63,547 nt of DNA, filler included, from Octopus bimaculoides (GCF_001194135.2; 7 parts of 5 records of this genome joined end to end with filler, not necessarily neighbours in it), one strand, 5' to 3'. Positions 52,951 through 63,547 are shown, counted from the first letter of the whole stretch. Notes: a model not told the origin generated them from the sequence alone. A program made the numbers and translations.

Positions 52951-53472
52951 AAATAGTTGGGATACTGATGATCAATCGTCTCTCATTATATACGTGATCG
53001 ATTATTTTAGACCTAGATTAATAAGGACAATTTAATACCTATACAAGTATTTGTCTACATTTGATGTAAGAAAAACAGAGAAAAAAGGAAAAAGTAGCAA
53101 CGGTCAAAGGGGAATTACCGAGTGAAATATTTGCGGAGTTACTTCCCATGAATAAATAATTTTTCACCGATATGGAGATGCTTCCCTTGACTATTATTTC
53201 CCTCTTTTATAAATCTTTTTATAAATCTTTACTTCAAGGATCACAGCGATGCTTTTAAATGAATCTATGATACAATTACCTACCTCGAACAGCTGAAATA
53301 CTTCGCGATGCAATTACATTTTGTGCCCTATTTATTGTAGGAGATGTGTTAATGATTCCCTCTGCATAAATATTAGCTCTGCGTAGAGAAACTTTGCAAT
53401 TTATTTGTATGGGAAGTCTCTCTCTCCCTCTCTTTCTTTCCCTCTCTCTCTTTCCTTTTCTCTACCATACAT

Positions 53473-53518
<46 letters not shown>

Positions 53519-53618
53519 NNNNNNNNNNNNNNNNNNNNNNNNNNNNNNNNNNNNNNNNNNNNTTAATTAATTAANNNNNNNNNNNNNNNNNNNNNNNNNN
53601 NNNNNNNNNNNNNNNNNN

Positions 53619-53650
<32 letters not shown>

Positions 53651-53819
53651 CATATATACATACATGTGTGTGTGTATGTCTCTCTCTCTCTCTTTTAGGT
53701 ACATATCCTGTTTCTCTAATGATAATGGGTATGAAGTTGAAATCGTATCTTGAGTACTGGATTTACAAGCGCCCTATTAATGGTTCAAAGATGTTCTTGT
53801 ATGTATGTCTCTTCTATTT

Positions 53820-54150
53820 TCTAATTATTATAAATCTTCCACCGAGGAGGGAGAGGGTTTCCAACAAAGATACAAGATTCCATTTTTAGGATGTAGTTAA
53901 CACAGACAAATTCACATTTGGAACTTGAGAAAAGTCTTGCATATTTTTACTGTTCCACTCACAGTTTGCACTTGTAATGTACGAATTAGCCAGTCGATTT
54001 CTCTTTCTGAAAATCCCATTTTATCGAGATTCTCCTTTAATCATTTACTAACAAAACCTAGTGCTCCTATCATTATTGGCATGAATATGAATTCATAGTC
54101 TGGATATAGAAGTTGGAAGTTTCAAAGCAGTTGTCCATAGATATCCTCTT
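53820..54150 (-). mobile_element. RLE LINE 3' end (related to the 50790 element)
   Basis: LYPDYEFIFMPIMIGALGFV...VSGTVKICKTFLKF. Confidence 0.7.
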
Positions 54151-54189
54151 TTCCTTTGATTTTCAGATTTATTTATATTTGCAGGGCAT

Positions 54190-54223
<34 letters not shown>

Positions 54224-54289
54224 TGTATGTATGTATGTATGTATGTATGTATGTATGCTTAAATAACACAGAAGACAAAGTAAGACAAA

Positions 54290-54740
54290 AGCGTCGAGCT
54301 GGCAGAAACGTTAGCACGCCGGTGAAATGCTTAGCGGTATTTCGTCTGCTGTTACGTTCTGAGTTCAAATTCCGCCGAGGTCGACTTTGCCTTTCAACCT
54401 TTCGGGGTCGATAAATTAAGTACCAGTTACGCACGGGGGTGGATGTAATCGACTTAATCCCTTTGTCTGTCCTTGTTTGTCCCCTCTATGTTTAGCCCCT
54501 TGTCGGCAGTAAAAAAATAAGAAACGTTAGCACGCCGGGCCAAATGCTTAGTGGTATTTCGTCTGCCGTTACGTTCTGAGTTCAAATTCCACCGAGGTCG
54601 ATTTTGCCTTTCATCCTTTCGGGGTCGATTAAATAAGTACCAGTTACGCACTGGGGTCGATATAATCGACTTAATCCTTTTGTCTGTCCTTGTTTGTCCC
54701 CTCTGTGTGTAGCCCCTTGTGGGCAATAAAGAAATAAGAA
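54290..54740 (+). mobile_element. SINE family A dimer with 16-bp TSD
   Basis: Two units joined at aaataa|gaaacgttagc; flanked by agaagacaaagtaaga at 54270-54285 and 54737-54752. Confidence 0.88.
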
Positions 54741-54806
54741 GACAAAGTAAGAACAAAGTGTAATAATTATTAGTTTCATGCTTGATAAGAAGAAAGTAGA
54801 AGTGTC

Positions 54807-54840
54807 TTTTACGTTTCGAGCTTCGGTTCTTCTTCAGAAA
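54807..54840 (-). ncRNA. Minimal type-I hammerhead-ribozyme-like motif (Penelope-associated type)
   Basis: Minus strand: ttt CTGAAGA a GAAC cgaa GCTC GAAAC GTA aaa. Both core boxes and a GUA site are present; one stem II mismatch. Confidence 0.45.
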
Positions 54841-54969
54841 ATTAGATAAAATCAAAAGTGTAGAAAAAAGAAAAAACCTGTGTGTTTTAGTGTTACTCTG
54901 CTTAGTCTGTACGTGCATGTTGTGTTGACGTGTGATTATGTGTCTGTGCGCAAATGAAGGGTTTCTCAC

Positions 54970-55029
54970 CTGAGTAGAAGACCCGTGAGCCCACCAGCCA
55001 CTGAAGACGTTATAGTTGATACTGCTGAT
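54970..55029 (-). CDS. Amt: Ammonium transporter exon, 60 nt
   Basis: ttttgcttccAG|A TCA GCA GTA TCA ACT...CTA CTC AG|GTGAGA gives (R)SAVSTITSSVAGGLTGLLL(S). Matches the helix that follows GFNxGS in animal Amts; phase 2-2. Confidence 0.9.
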
Positions 55030-55245
55030 CTGGAAGCAAAAGAGAGAGATTTACTAAAACCTAACAGAAAACTATATAAAAAAAACATTAACGGAAAGTA
55101 AATCCATCTTATTGTTCTCTTTTGAGTATGGGCTACGAATCTATAAATATATTTAATGATTAACGAAAGGCACGAAAATGATCCTTGTCAGAAATATATA
55201 TATTACTTGGGTTCTTCATGCAAAAAACATGAGCTTATGCGCACG

Positions 55246-55304
<59 letters not shown>

Positions 55305-55314
55305 NNNNNNNNNN

Positions 55315-55532
55315 CTATCGTTGGTGTTACGTTCCAAAATCCATCGCGATAGGTGAAAATCTGCGAAGTAGAAACAGTACTGTATGTTTTTTTCTATTAT
55401 TTTTATAGTTTTTATATACTCTTTTTATTATAAATGCAAAACAACACCGCAGAGGAATCGACGCAAGCTTAAATGATAAAACGCGATAAGTGAACCGCGT
55501 TAGGTGAACCGCGATATGGCGAGAGATTACTG
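55315..55532. mobile_element. Tigger/pogo-like MITE (left end lost in a gap)
   Basis: Right end reverse-complements to TA|CAGTAATCTCTCGCCATATCGCGGTTCAC; left part has gttacgttcc...cgcgataggtgaaaatc.gcgaagtag. Confidence 0.7.
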
Positions 55533-55544
55533 TACTATTTATTA

Positions 55545-56320
55545 AGTTGACGAGCTGACAGAATTGTTAGCACGCTGGAGTAATTACTAAGCGGTATTTC
55601 TTCCGACTTTACTTTCTGAGTTCAAATTCCACCGAGGTTGACTCTGCCTTTCATCCTTTCAGGGGGTCGATAAAAAATGACAATTCAGCATTGGGATCGA
55701 TGTAACCGACTTAGTCCCTACCCTAAAATTGCTGGCGTCGAGTCTATAGCAGAAAGTATATTGCAGTAGTAATTGATAACGAGTTTACAGAGTTACTAGA
55801 GTGGTGGTGAGGATACCTTGCGGTATTCGTTTTGGGGTTCTGGACCTCGAATTAAAATCTTTCAGCCTTTCGGGGTCGATAAATATCGTTCCAGACCAGC
55901 CGGAAAAAATGTCATGCAGTATTTCTTATGTTTTTTCTTTTTACGTTCTGAGTTCAAATTCTGCAGAGTTCGACATTGCTTTTCATCCTTTCGGAGTTGG
56001 AAAAATACGTGCAGTTAAGTACTGGGGCTGATATAATCGACTAGCTCCTTCCCACAAAATTTCAGGTCCCGTACCTAATCCAGAAAGGAATATTGCTAAG
56101 GTGTCGTGCTGGCAAAATCGTTAGCGCGACGGGCAAAATTCTCTGTGGGATTTTCCTCGCTCTTTACATTCTGAGTTCAAATTTTGCTGAGGTCAGCTTT
56201 ACCTTTCATCCTTTGTGGGTCGATAAAATAAGTATCAGTCAAGTACTGTGGTCGACGTAATCAATTAAACGTCTCTCTTCAAAAATCGTTGGCTTTGGGC
56301 CTAAATTAGAAATGATCATT
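55545..56320 (+). mobile_element. Cluster of about four SINE family A copies in the Amt intron
   Basis: Repeated gagttcaaatt / ctttcatcctt / gtcgataaa motifs near 55620, 55870, 55950 and 56175. Confidence 0.8.
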
Positions 56321-56537
56321 TTCATTATGAGAATCTAGACTTGTGTCTCCATCAAAGGCTTTCCCATAACAGTCGACGATTTAAGAAAATCTGATCTTGT
56401 GAACAACCGTGTTAGTATCACCAATCTCAGATGTCTAACAAACGTCACATGTGTACAAGTCTTTTCTCCGGATTAAACCATTAAAAGAAGAACCCCCCCC
56501 CCCCCCCAAAAAAAAAAAAACACCAGAAATCACTCAC

Positions 56538-56609
56538 CTTGCTGCCAGTATCCACTTTGTTCCGGAAATACCGAAAGTACTGCCGCAGTTGAAACCTAGC
56601 CAACCCCAC
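56538..56609 (-). CDS. Amt: Ammonium transporter exon, 72 nt (too short for the ORF track)
   Basis: ccttacAG|G TGG GGT TGG CTA GGT TTC AAC TGC GGC AGT...GCA GCA AG|GTGAGT gives (W)WGWLGFNCGSTFGISGTKWILAA(R). Contains the GWxGFNxGS signature; phase matches the previous exon. Confidence 0.95.
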
Positions 56610-56758
56610 CTGTAAGGTAATAAGCATAAAATCCGTGACACAAAGTGATTCAACAATATAGCACATACGTTACTAGGTAACCCCACCCTTGGACATTATT
56701 GTCCCGAGTTCTAAAACTCAGAGGGCCAGTTTCACACACTCTCTCTCTCCCTCCCTCT

Positions 56759-56937
56759 CAAATTTTATTCAACAACAACAATAACAACATGTAACAAAAA
56801 CATCTTTAAATGATTATCCGGGAGCATATTCACCATCTACTTCAATTACTGCTTCCCATTTGCTTGGCAGACGATCAGACCGTCATTTAAAGATGTTTTT
56901 GTTAAATATTGTTATTGTTTTTGTTGAATAAAATTTG
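56759..56937. repeat. Intronic inverted repeat, 55-bp arms (3 mismatches), 69-nt loop
   Basis: caaattttattcaacaacaacaataacaacatgtaacaaaaacatctttaaatga versus tcatttaaagatgtttttgttaaatattgttattgtttttgttgaataaaatttg. Confidence 0.9.
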
Positions 56938-57014
56938 TTGAAAAGGAGCCGCAATAATTATGCACCAACCCAATACATGTATGTGTGTGTGTATGTGTAT
57001 GTGTGTGTGTGTGT

Positions 57015-57050
<36 letters not shown>

Positions 57051-57313
57051 AAATGACTGTAGTCATATGAAAATAACCCATTTATGGATTCACCTCACAA
57101 ACCTCCTGATGTTATGATTATTATTTGCTTTCCGTGTAAGTATGTACTGTTTGCATTTCCTGGATTTTCGGTTTCTTAGACAAGTTAAACTACATCGTAA
57201 TTCGATTACTTTGTGAACTGATAGCCGATTCCTAGCGGGAGTGCTTACTGTGAGTTCTGCCCGATTCTCTGAATCTAATTTTTCTATTTCACTTCATTAG
57301 TTGAGTGCGCGCT

Positions 57314-57341
<28 letters not shown>

Positions 57342-57344
<3 letters not shown>

Positions 57345-57663
57345 AACTGTTTTAAACTGTCAAAAGCCGTTGACGTTTGAATTGTCGGAAGGACAAAGCT
57401 TATCATTGGTACCGAGAACAAATGATTTCGGTGAAAATAAACACAGCGCATGGCTAGCGTCCGAGCGTGTGGAATGATGGTCCTATGGTTTGATGTCCGT
57501 TGTGATATTGTTGTGTCGACGCCCCCAAGCGAAGAAGTAGGATCGCCCAAGACATATAAATAAAGGTAGTCTGGCCGTTGGAGTAGCTGACGAGGAGCAG
57601 TTGAGTAGCAGTCGAGTAGAGATTATCCGAAGGTGCTAGATAGCAGAAGCTTGAGACATAACA
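57342..57663. mobile_element. Possible solo LTR
   Basis: TGTAAC...ATAACA termini and an internal TATAAATA; no TSD visible. Confidence 0.25.
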
Positions 57664-57709
57664 GATATAAAAGCCAAAAAGTTAAAGAAGAAACAAAATT
57701 ATGGTTTAC

Positions 57710-57992
57710 CAAAGCATGAACATCCCCAGAACAGCGTTGGTTGGAGAACCAAAAGTTGACGGGTTCGAGGTTAAAAATCGACCTTTGCGAGGTCCAAGCA
57801 TCAAAGCTGCAATTAATGCTGTCGTACCACCGACTATATGCACCGGTCCAGCTCCAGCAACGTCTATAACTCCCATCGACGTGAGCCAGCCATTATCAGC
57901 CCATGCCCAGTGAGCTGGGATACTAAATGCAAATGTGTTTAACATAGAAAACACGATGTAAGATTCCAGTTTGGTTCTCTCTGCCATTGCAC
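57710..57992 (-). CDS. Amt: Ammonium transporter (Amt/Mep family) internal exon, 283 nt
   Basis: Translates (G)AMAERTKLESYIVFSMLNTFAFSIPAHWAWADNGWLTSMGVIDVAGAGPVHIVGGTTALIAALMLGPRKGRF...NAVLGMFMLW, carrying the Amt motifs GAxAER, HWxW...GWL, DxAG...VH and GxRxGRF. Acceptor ttttatacAG, donor TG|GTAAAC. Confidence 0.96.
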
Positions 57993-58054
57993 CTGTATAA
58001 AATAAATAACACAGAGAGAGAAAAAACAGTGAAATTATGAAACACAAACGATTG

Positions 58055-58217
58055 ATTTCAAATGTTGGCACAAGAACAGCAATTTTGGGTGACTGGTTAA
58101 GTAGATTATATCGACTCCAGTGACCAACTGGTACTCATTTTATCGCCCTCCACCGAAGTCGACGTCTGCGGAATTTGAACTCAGAACATAAAGACGGACG
58201 AAATGCTGCTAAGCATT
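58055..58217 (-). mobile_element. SINE family A (sense to Amt)
   Basis: Reverse complement: aatgcttagcagcatttcgtcc...gagttcaaattccgc...gataaaatgagtaccag. Confidence 0.8.
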
Positions 58218-58318
58218 NNNNNNNNNNNNNNNNNNNNNNNNNNNNNNNNNNNNNNNNNNNNTTAATTAATTAANNNNNNNNNNNNNNNNNNNNNNNNNNN
58301 NNNNNNNNNNNNNNNNNC

Positions 58319-58680
58319 TTGCTTCCACACCTGAAACTTTTCCTCTAGTTCTGATAGTGACTCCGCAATTAGGGCAAGGTCATCAGCATAGAGGAGCTCC
58401 CAGGGGCAACCTGTCTTGAACTCCTCTGTTATTGCCTGGAGGACTATGATAAATAAGAGGGGGCTGAGGACGGAACCTTGGTGGACCCCTAACTCTACCC
58501 GGAATTCATTGCTGTACTCATTTCCAACCCTCACCTTACTGGCAGCATCTCTGTACATGGCTCGCACAGCTCTCACTAACCATTCTTCTATCCCAAGTTT
58601 CCTCATTGACCACCAGATAAGGGATCGGGGGACCCTGTCGAAGGCTTTCACCATGTCAACGAAAGCCAGGTACAGAGATA
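58319..58680 (-). mobile_element. RTE-clade LINE RT fragment, uninterrupted
   Basis: FVDMVKAFDRVPR...GVHQGSVLSPLLF...LLYADDLAL with no stop or frameshift; cut by the spacer. Confidence 0.92.
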
Positions 58681-59284
58681 TATGAAAATGCACTTAAAGA
58701 TAGATGGAAGATAAGAAACATGATATTAAAAATAAGAGCCTTAAAAGGTAAGAAATGTGAATATATATATGGTCCAACCCATGCTAGCATGGAAAGTGGA
58801 CGTTAAACGATGATGATTATATGTATATATATATGTGTGTGTGTACAACCACACAGCATGAGTTCACACCATCAACACAAAAATGAAAAATATATAAGAG
58901 CACGTAAGATTATATCAAAATATAACCAAAATAAAAAAGTTGATAAAGAAGTCCAAACTTACAGATGAGTGAATTTCTAGAAGGGGTGGGTGGGCGATTT
59001 GAGATTTTGGTGGGTGACAAAGAATTTTAGAAATCAAGTCTGCATTTACTGATATCTAGTCCTGCCTAGAATAAGGATGCACTCTTATTGATTTGACTAC
59101 TCGCATGAGACATTGCTTTGTATTAAAAAAGCAGACTTGTTTATCGATCGAATATTTTTGTCACACAGTCATTGAGATGGTTGTCATGTGAGCTAAAAAT
59201 AGCAGTCAAACAGGCCTAGGACTTAAATCACACTACGCCGTATTTTTTTTTTTTTTGCATAATTGTATGAAGTCCGGCATGTAC

Positions 59285-59625
59285 TCTCTTTACTCTTTTA
59301 ATTGTTTCAGTCATTTGACTGTGGCCATGCTGGAGCACCGCCTTTAGTCGAGCAAATTGACCCCAGGACTTATTCTTTCTAAGCCTAGTACTTATTCTAT
59401 CGGTCTCTTTTCTCCGAACCGCTAAGTTACGGGGACGTAAACACACCAGCAACGGTTGTCAAGCAATGTTGGGGGACACACACACACACACACATATATA
59501 TATACGACGGGCCAAATTCACTCACAAGGCTTTGGTTGGCTCGAGGCTATAGTAGAAGACACTTGCCCAAGGTGCCACACAGTGGGACTGAACCTGGAAC
59601 CATGTGGTTCGTAAGCAAGCTACTT
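59285..59625 (-). mobile_element. SINE family B, near full length
   Basis: Reverse complement: agcttgcttacgaaccacatggttccaggttcagtcccactgtgtggcaccttgggcaagtgtctt. Confidence 0.88.
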
Positions 59626-60399
59626 TATTTCATTTAAATTTGCCACAAGGGCAGTACATAGAAGAGTAGCTGCAGGCTGGACAAAGATATTAATGTGATG
59701 AGGATGATAACGACAAAATGAATAAAAAATGGGAGGGGCACCAGCGCCCGCCGATTGATAACCCCTCGAAATCATGTGTTCAATATAAATTATTATGACC
59801 TCCGCAGTCACCTGCGGAGGCCAGCTTGGATCGTCTATGCAGACCGAGTCATAATGCTCTTAGTCCAAAAGACTATCCAAGCACNNNNNNNNNNNNNNNN
59901 NNNNNNNNNNNNNNNNNNNNNNNNNNNNTTAATTAATTAANNNNNNNNNNNNNNNNNNNNNNNNNNNNNNNNNNNNNNNNNNNNTCCATTCTTCGAACTT
60001 TGGTAAGAGGTTCAATACCTCATTTTGTGTTGTTGAGAAAAAGAGAACAATGTTTTCGGGAAGCATCAATCGGCGGGCGTTGTCTGCTTCCCCCACCAAC
60101 CATCTTTTCATTTTTTTTTCATTCCATTATCATTTGTGTCTTTGTCCATCCCGCAACTACATCTTTGTAAGGGGCCAATTTCTGAAATAGAGTAGAGTTG
60201 GAGTCTCGCGTGTTGGTAGTTGAAAGTTGCGTCTGGTGAATACAGTGCTTACTTCTGCTTCGCTAAAATCATATATCCGCAACACGAAGATATAAAAATT
60301 TATCTTTGAACTCTGAGGGATGGGATGGATAAAATAAATCTGAATCTATATACTAGGACGTCAATTCACGTGAATGCTATGAATTTGTTACCATGTATC

Positions 60400-60890
60400 A
60401 ATATTAATTTCAAATTTTGGCACAAAGCCAGCAAGTTCGAAGGAGGGGGCTAGTCAATTGCATGGAAGTCAGTGCTTAACTGTAGTACCTTTTTTTTTTA
60501 CTCCAAAAGGATAAAATGCAAGGTCGACCTCAAAACGTGAAGACAGACGAAATGCCATAAAGCAGTTTGTNNNNNNNNNNGACCTCAAAACGTAAAGACA
60601 GACGAAATGCCACAGTGCAGTTTGTCCGGCACGCTAACGATTCTGTCAGCTTTCCACCTTAGTGCTTCTGTTAATATTGGTTTCAAATTTTGGCACAAGG
60701 CCAGCAAATTTTGGTGGGGTTGGGGTAATTCGGTTACATCGACCTCCGGTACTCAACTGGTCTGATTTTATCAATCCCGAAAGGATGAAAAGCAAGGTCG
60801 ACCTCGGCGGAATGTGGACTCAGAACGTAAAGACGGAGGAAATGTTAAGCATTTTGCCCGTCGAGCAAACGATTCTGCCAGCTCGCCGCC
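60400..60890 (-). mobile_element. Two SINE family A copies
   Basis: Reverse family A motifs (gcaaggtcgacctc, ggactcagaacgtaaagacgg). Confidence 0.75.
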
Positions 60891-61475
60891 TTACCCTGTA
60901 ATCAATATAGCAAATGATTTCATGACTGGCAAACTTATTTCGACTGAAACATAATTCCGAAAGGCATGAGAGACAGATTGCCCTCTTTCACTTCTACTAA
61001 AATTACAGAAGAATTTTGTATCTGCGAAAAAGAAAACCCTTATTAATTGGGGATAGAGAAAAGTAAGAGTTGAAAATGTAAAATTCTAGTGATCATATCA
61101 ACGGATCATCTATAGAATTGGTCAACTACTGATAGATACTTCTAAATTCTGATTACATAGAAAAATCTAACAACGGACTTGTTCTTCTAGCAAAAGACAG
61201 TCCGATATTAGCATAAAATGATAGGATCATCGTAACTTGTAAGAAGAAAACGAAATTGCTTATGAATGCTTATGTGTTAGGCTTGCATGATGGCTACGTA
61301 CTTTAGAAATACGCTTTGTAATCACTTGCTTCCAAGTTCGGTTTCATTGCGTGCTCTTGTACCGTAGTTTCGGGCGTTTCAGTTTGGGCAATACTTTATG
61401 TATGTAGTTTGGCAAACAGAAACTGTGTGGAAGTTCATACAACCACCACCACCACCACTCTAAACACACATGCAT

Positions 61476-61531
<56 letters not shown>

Positions 61532-61701
61532 CACCCTAAAGTATCCAATCAGCTAGACGTGATGTAGTCACGTCTGGCTCATTGATTACGTCTAAGAAAC
61601 TAGTAATGTGGGTTTGAGTCAACTTGTTAATAAATACATTTAACTTACGCAATAGATGTTTAGTACTTTTCTTTTCAATCATTAGTTTACATGCGCATAT
61701 G

Positions 61702-61935
<234 letters not shown>

Positions 61936-62354
61936 TTTATATATGGAGATATGTTGAAGCGACGGCTGCAATTAATTGAAAACGTGATGTCACCTACTCT
62001 CTTGTTGCTACCTTAAGTCCGTTGAACGACGGGTGACAGGCTGCGGTTTCCTCCCCCTCAACCCAGTTGTCTGGCAAAGGAAATGTTTGCATGTTGTGGT
62101 ACGAAGTCTGAGGTCATACACAAAGGAGAAAATGAGACGACAATTTACTTCAACACTCAATTTTAATTGCTTACCTACACTGAAGAATTGTCATGCATGT
62201 TTACTTAGATCTGTGCACTTGGTGCTGCCTTAATGTTTGAATGTGTAAAAGAAAGTGTGTGTGTGAGCCTGTGTATATGCGTTTGTGCATAAATATGATC
62301 TAAATATGGGTTATCTAACTGTGGTAAGTGCAGTAGCAAAATAGCTAAGATATG

Positions 62355-62570
62355 AAGCGGCGAAAGGCGGCAAGCTGGCTGAATCGTTACCACGTCGGGC
62401 AAAGTGCTTAGTGGCATTCGTCCGTCTTTACGTTCTGGGTTCAAATGTCGCCGAGGTCGACTTTGCCTTTCATCTTTTCGGGGTCGATAAAATAAGTACC
62501 AGTTGAACACTAATCAACTCATCCCCTTCTTCAAAATTACTGCCCTTGTGGCAAAAATTGAAATTATTAT
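62355..62570 (+). mobile_element. SINE family A
   Basis: aaggcggcaagctggctgaatcgtta...gcctttcatcttttcggggtcgataaa. Confidence 0.85.
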
Positions 62571-62639
62571 TATTGTTGACGTCGCACAGTATACAATATC
62601 GTGAGGTTGTTGATTGAAGATATTATGTCTACCGGCGAT

Positions 62640-63045
62640 TTGTACATTTTGTCAAGTCACAACAAGGACCTCAGACAGACAGTACTTTACGCAGTATGCG
62701 TGCAGTTCCAAGTAATGCCGACTTTTGCAGTACATCTAGATTGTAGGGTATCTCTAAGGTTTTCAGATGTTTGCTTGCCACATCTTAGCGATCTCAATTC
62801 TCAGGTCTCTATATTTATCAACTTTTTCTCTTTCTTTCATGATGGTATGTTGATCTCCTGGTACTGTTACGTCGATTATTAGGCACTCTTGTTTGCCCCT
62901 CCTAAAGGTTACTATATCCGGCCTTCGGTGCTCTAACACTTTGTCTGAAAATCAAAATTCCAGAGGATTTTTGCCTTCCCCTTTTCATGCATTACTTTTT
63001 CGGTGTATGTTGGTATCAAACAACCGTAACCTCATATCCATACTT
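62640..63045 (-). mobile_element. RLE LINE 3' fragment
   Basis: Shares agtcacaacaaggacctcagacaga with 44871; continues into an EN-like region. Confidence 0.55.
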
Positions 63046-63049
63046 ACGG

Positions 63050-63250
63050 CATAGTAGCACGCTGTGTGAAATGCTTAGCGGTATTTCGTCTGGCACTACG
63101 TTCTGAGTTCAAATTCCTCCGAGGTCGACTTTGCCTTTCATCCTTTCGGGGTCGATAAATTAAGTACCAGTTGAATATTGGGGTCGATGTAATCGACTAT
63201 CGTCCTCCCTCGAAGTTCAGGCCTTGCGCCTGTAGTAGAAAAGATTATTA
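63050..63250 (+). mobile_element. SINE family A with (ATT)n tail
   Basis: Family consensus. Confidence 0.85.
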
Positions 63251-63277
63251 TTATTATTATCATTATTATTATTATTA

Positions 63278-63304
<27 letters not shown>

Positions 63305-63309
<5 letters not shown>

Positions 63310-63547
63310 GTTCAGTAGTTTTATTTTTATAACGTGCTTTCACTTCACTACCGAGCGCAGCTCTGTGCGCCTTGGGTATGTGCTGTGGTTTGCTGTGGTG
63401 CTCTTATGTTTACTGTATTGAAAGTGTTTTGCGTAGAATGTGTGCAGTACCCAGTAGTGCAATTTTCTGTATGTTATATATATTTGTAAGTCCTGGTGTT
63501 TTTGTTATGTATTTGTCTGAATATTTTTTTATTATACCCAAGACACC
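63305..63547 (-). mobile_element. R4/Dong-like LINE 3' end
   Basis: Close reverse complement of 40300-40530 (cacagagctgcgctcggtagtgaagtgaaagcacgttataaaaataaaactactgaac). Confidence 0.88.

Noticed and set aside
60252-60311. Possible 60-nt minus exon SSKINFYIFVLRIYDFSEAE
   Set aside because: The phase does not fit the Amt exon and there is no motif similarity.
60526-60626. 45-bp near-duplicate either side of a 10-N gap
   Set aside because: Most likely a haplotype or contig overlap artefact.
62012-62075. Possible minus exon (D)NWVEGEETAACHPSFNGLK
   Set aside because: Weak donor (GTAGCA), no Amt similarity, no independent support.

Overview
AT-rich, gap-ridden, repeat-dominated animal genomic DNA. 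The SINE, LINE and microsatellite make-up suggests an octopus or other coleoid cephalopod (inference, not database-confirmed). The only securely identified host gene is an ammonium transporter (Amt/Mep family) on the minus strand, seen as three in-frame, GT-AG-bounded exons (57992-57710, 56609-56538, 55029-54970); I could not find its other exons. A second, unidentified minus-strand exon candidate lies at 19126-19020. The rest is tRNA-derived SINEs, fragments of R4/Dong-like, RTE, CR1/L2-like and L1/Tx1-like LINEs, Penelope-like elements, a DD37D (maT) and a DD34D-type mariner relic, a Tigger-like MITE, a ~550-600 bp microsatellite-embedded repeat, and many microsatellites. Most ORFs in the supplied track are microsatellite or N-gap artefacts. 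Six N44-TTAATTAATTAA-N44 spacers are artificial joins. The most notable structures are two adjacent long inverted repeats (30.2-32.9 kb), a sense-strand hammerhead-like motif and inverted repeats in the Amt introns, a recurrent SINE dimer junction with a single TSD, and a pseudoknot-capable segment at 59.8 kb. TE boundaries are approximate and identities are estimated by eye.
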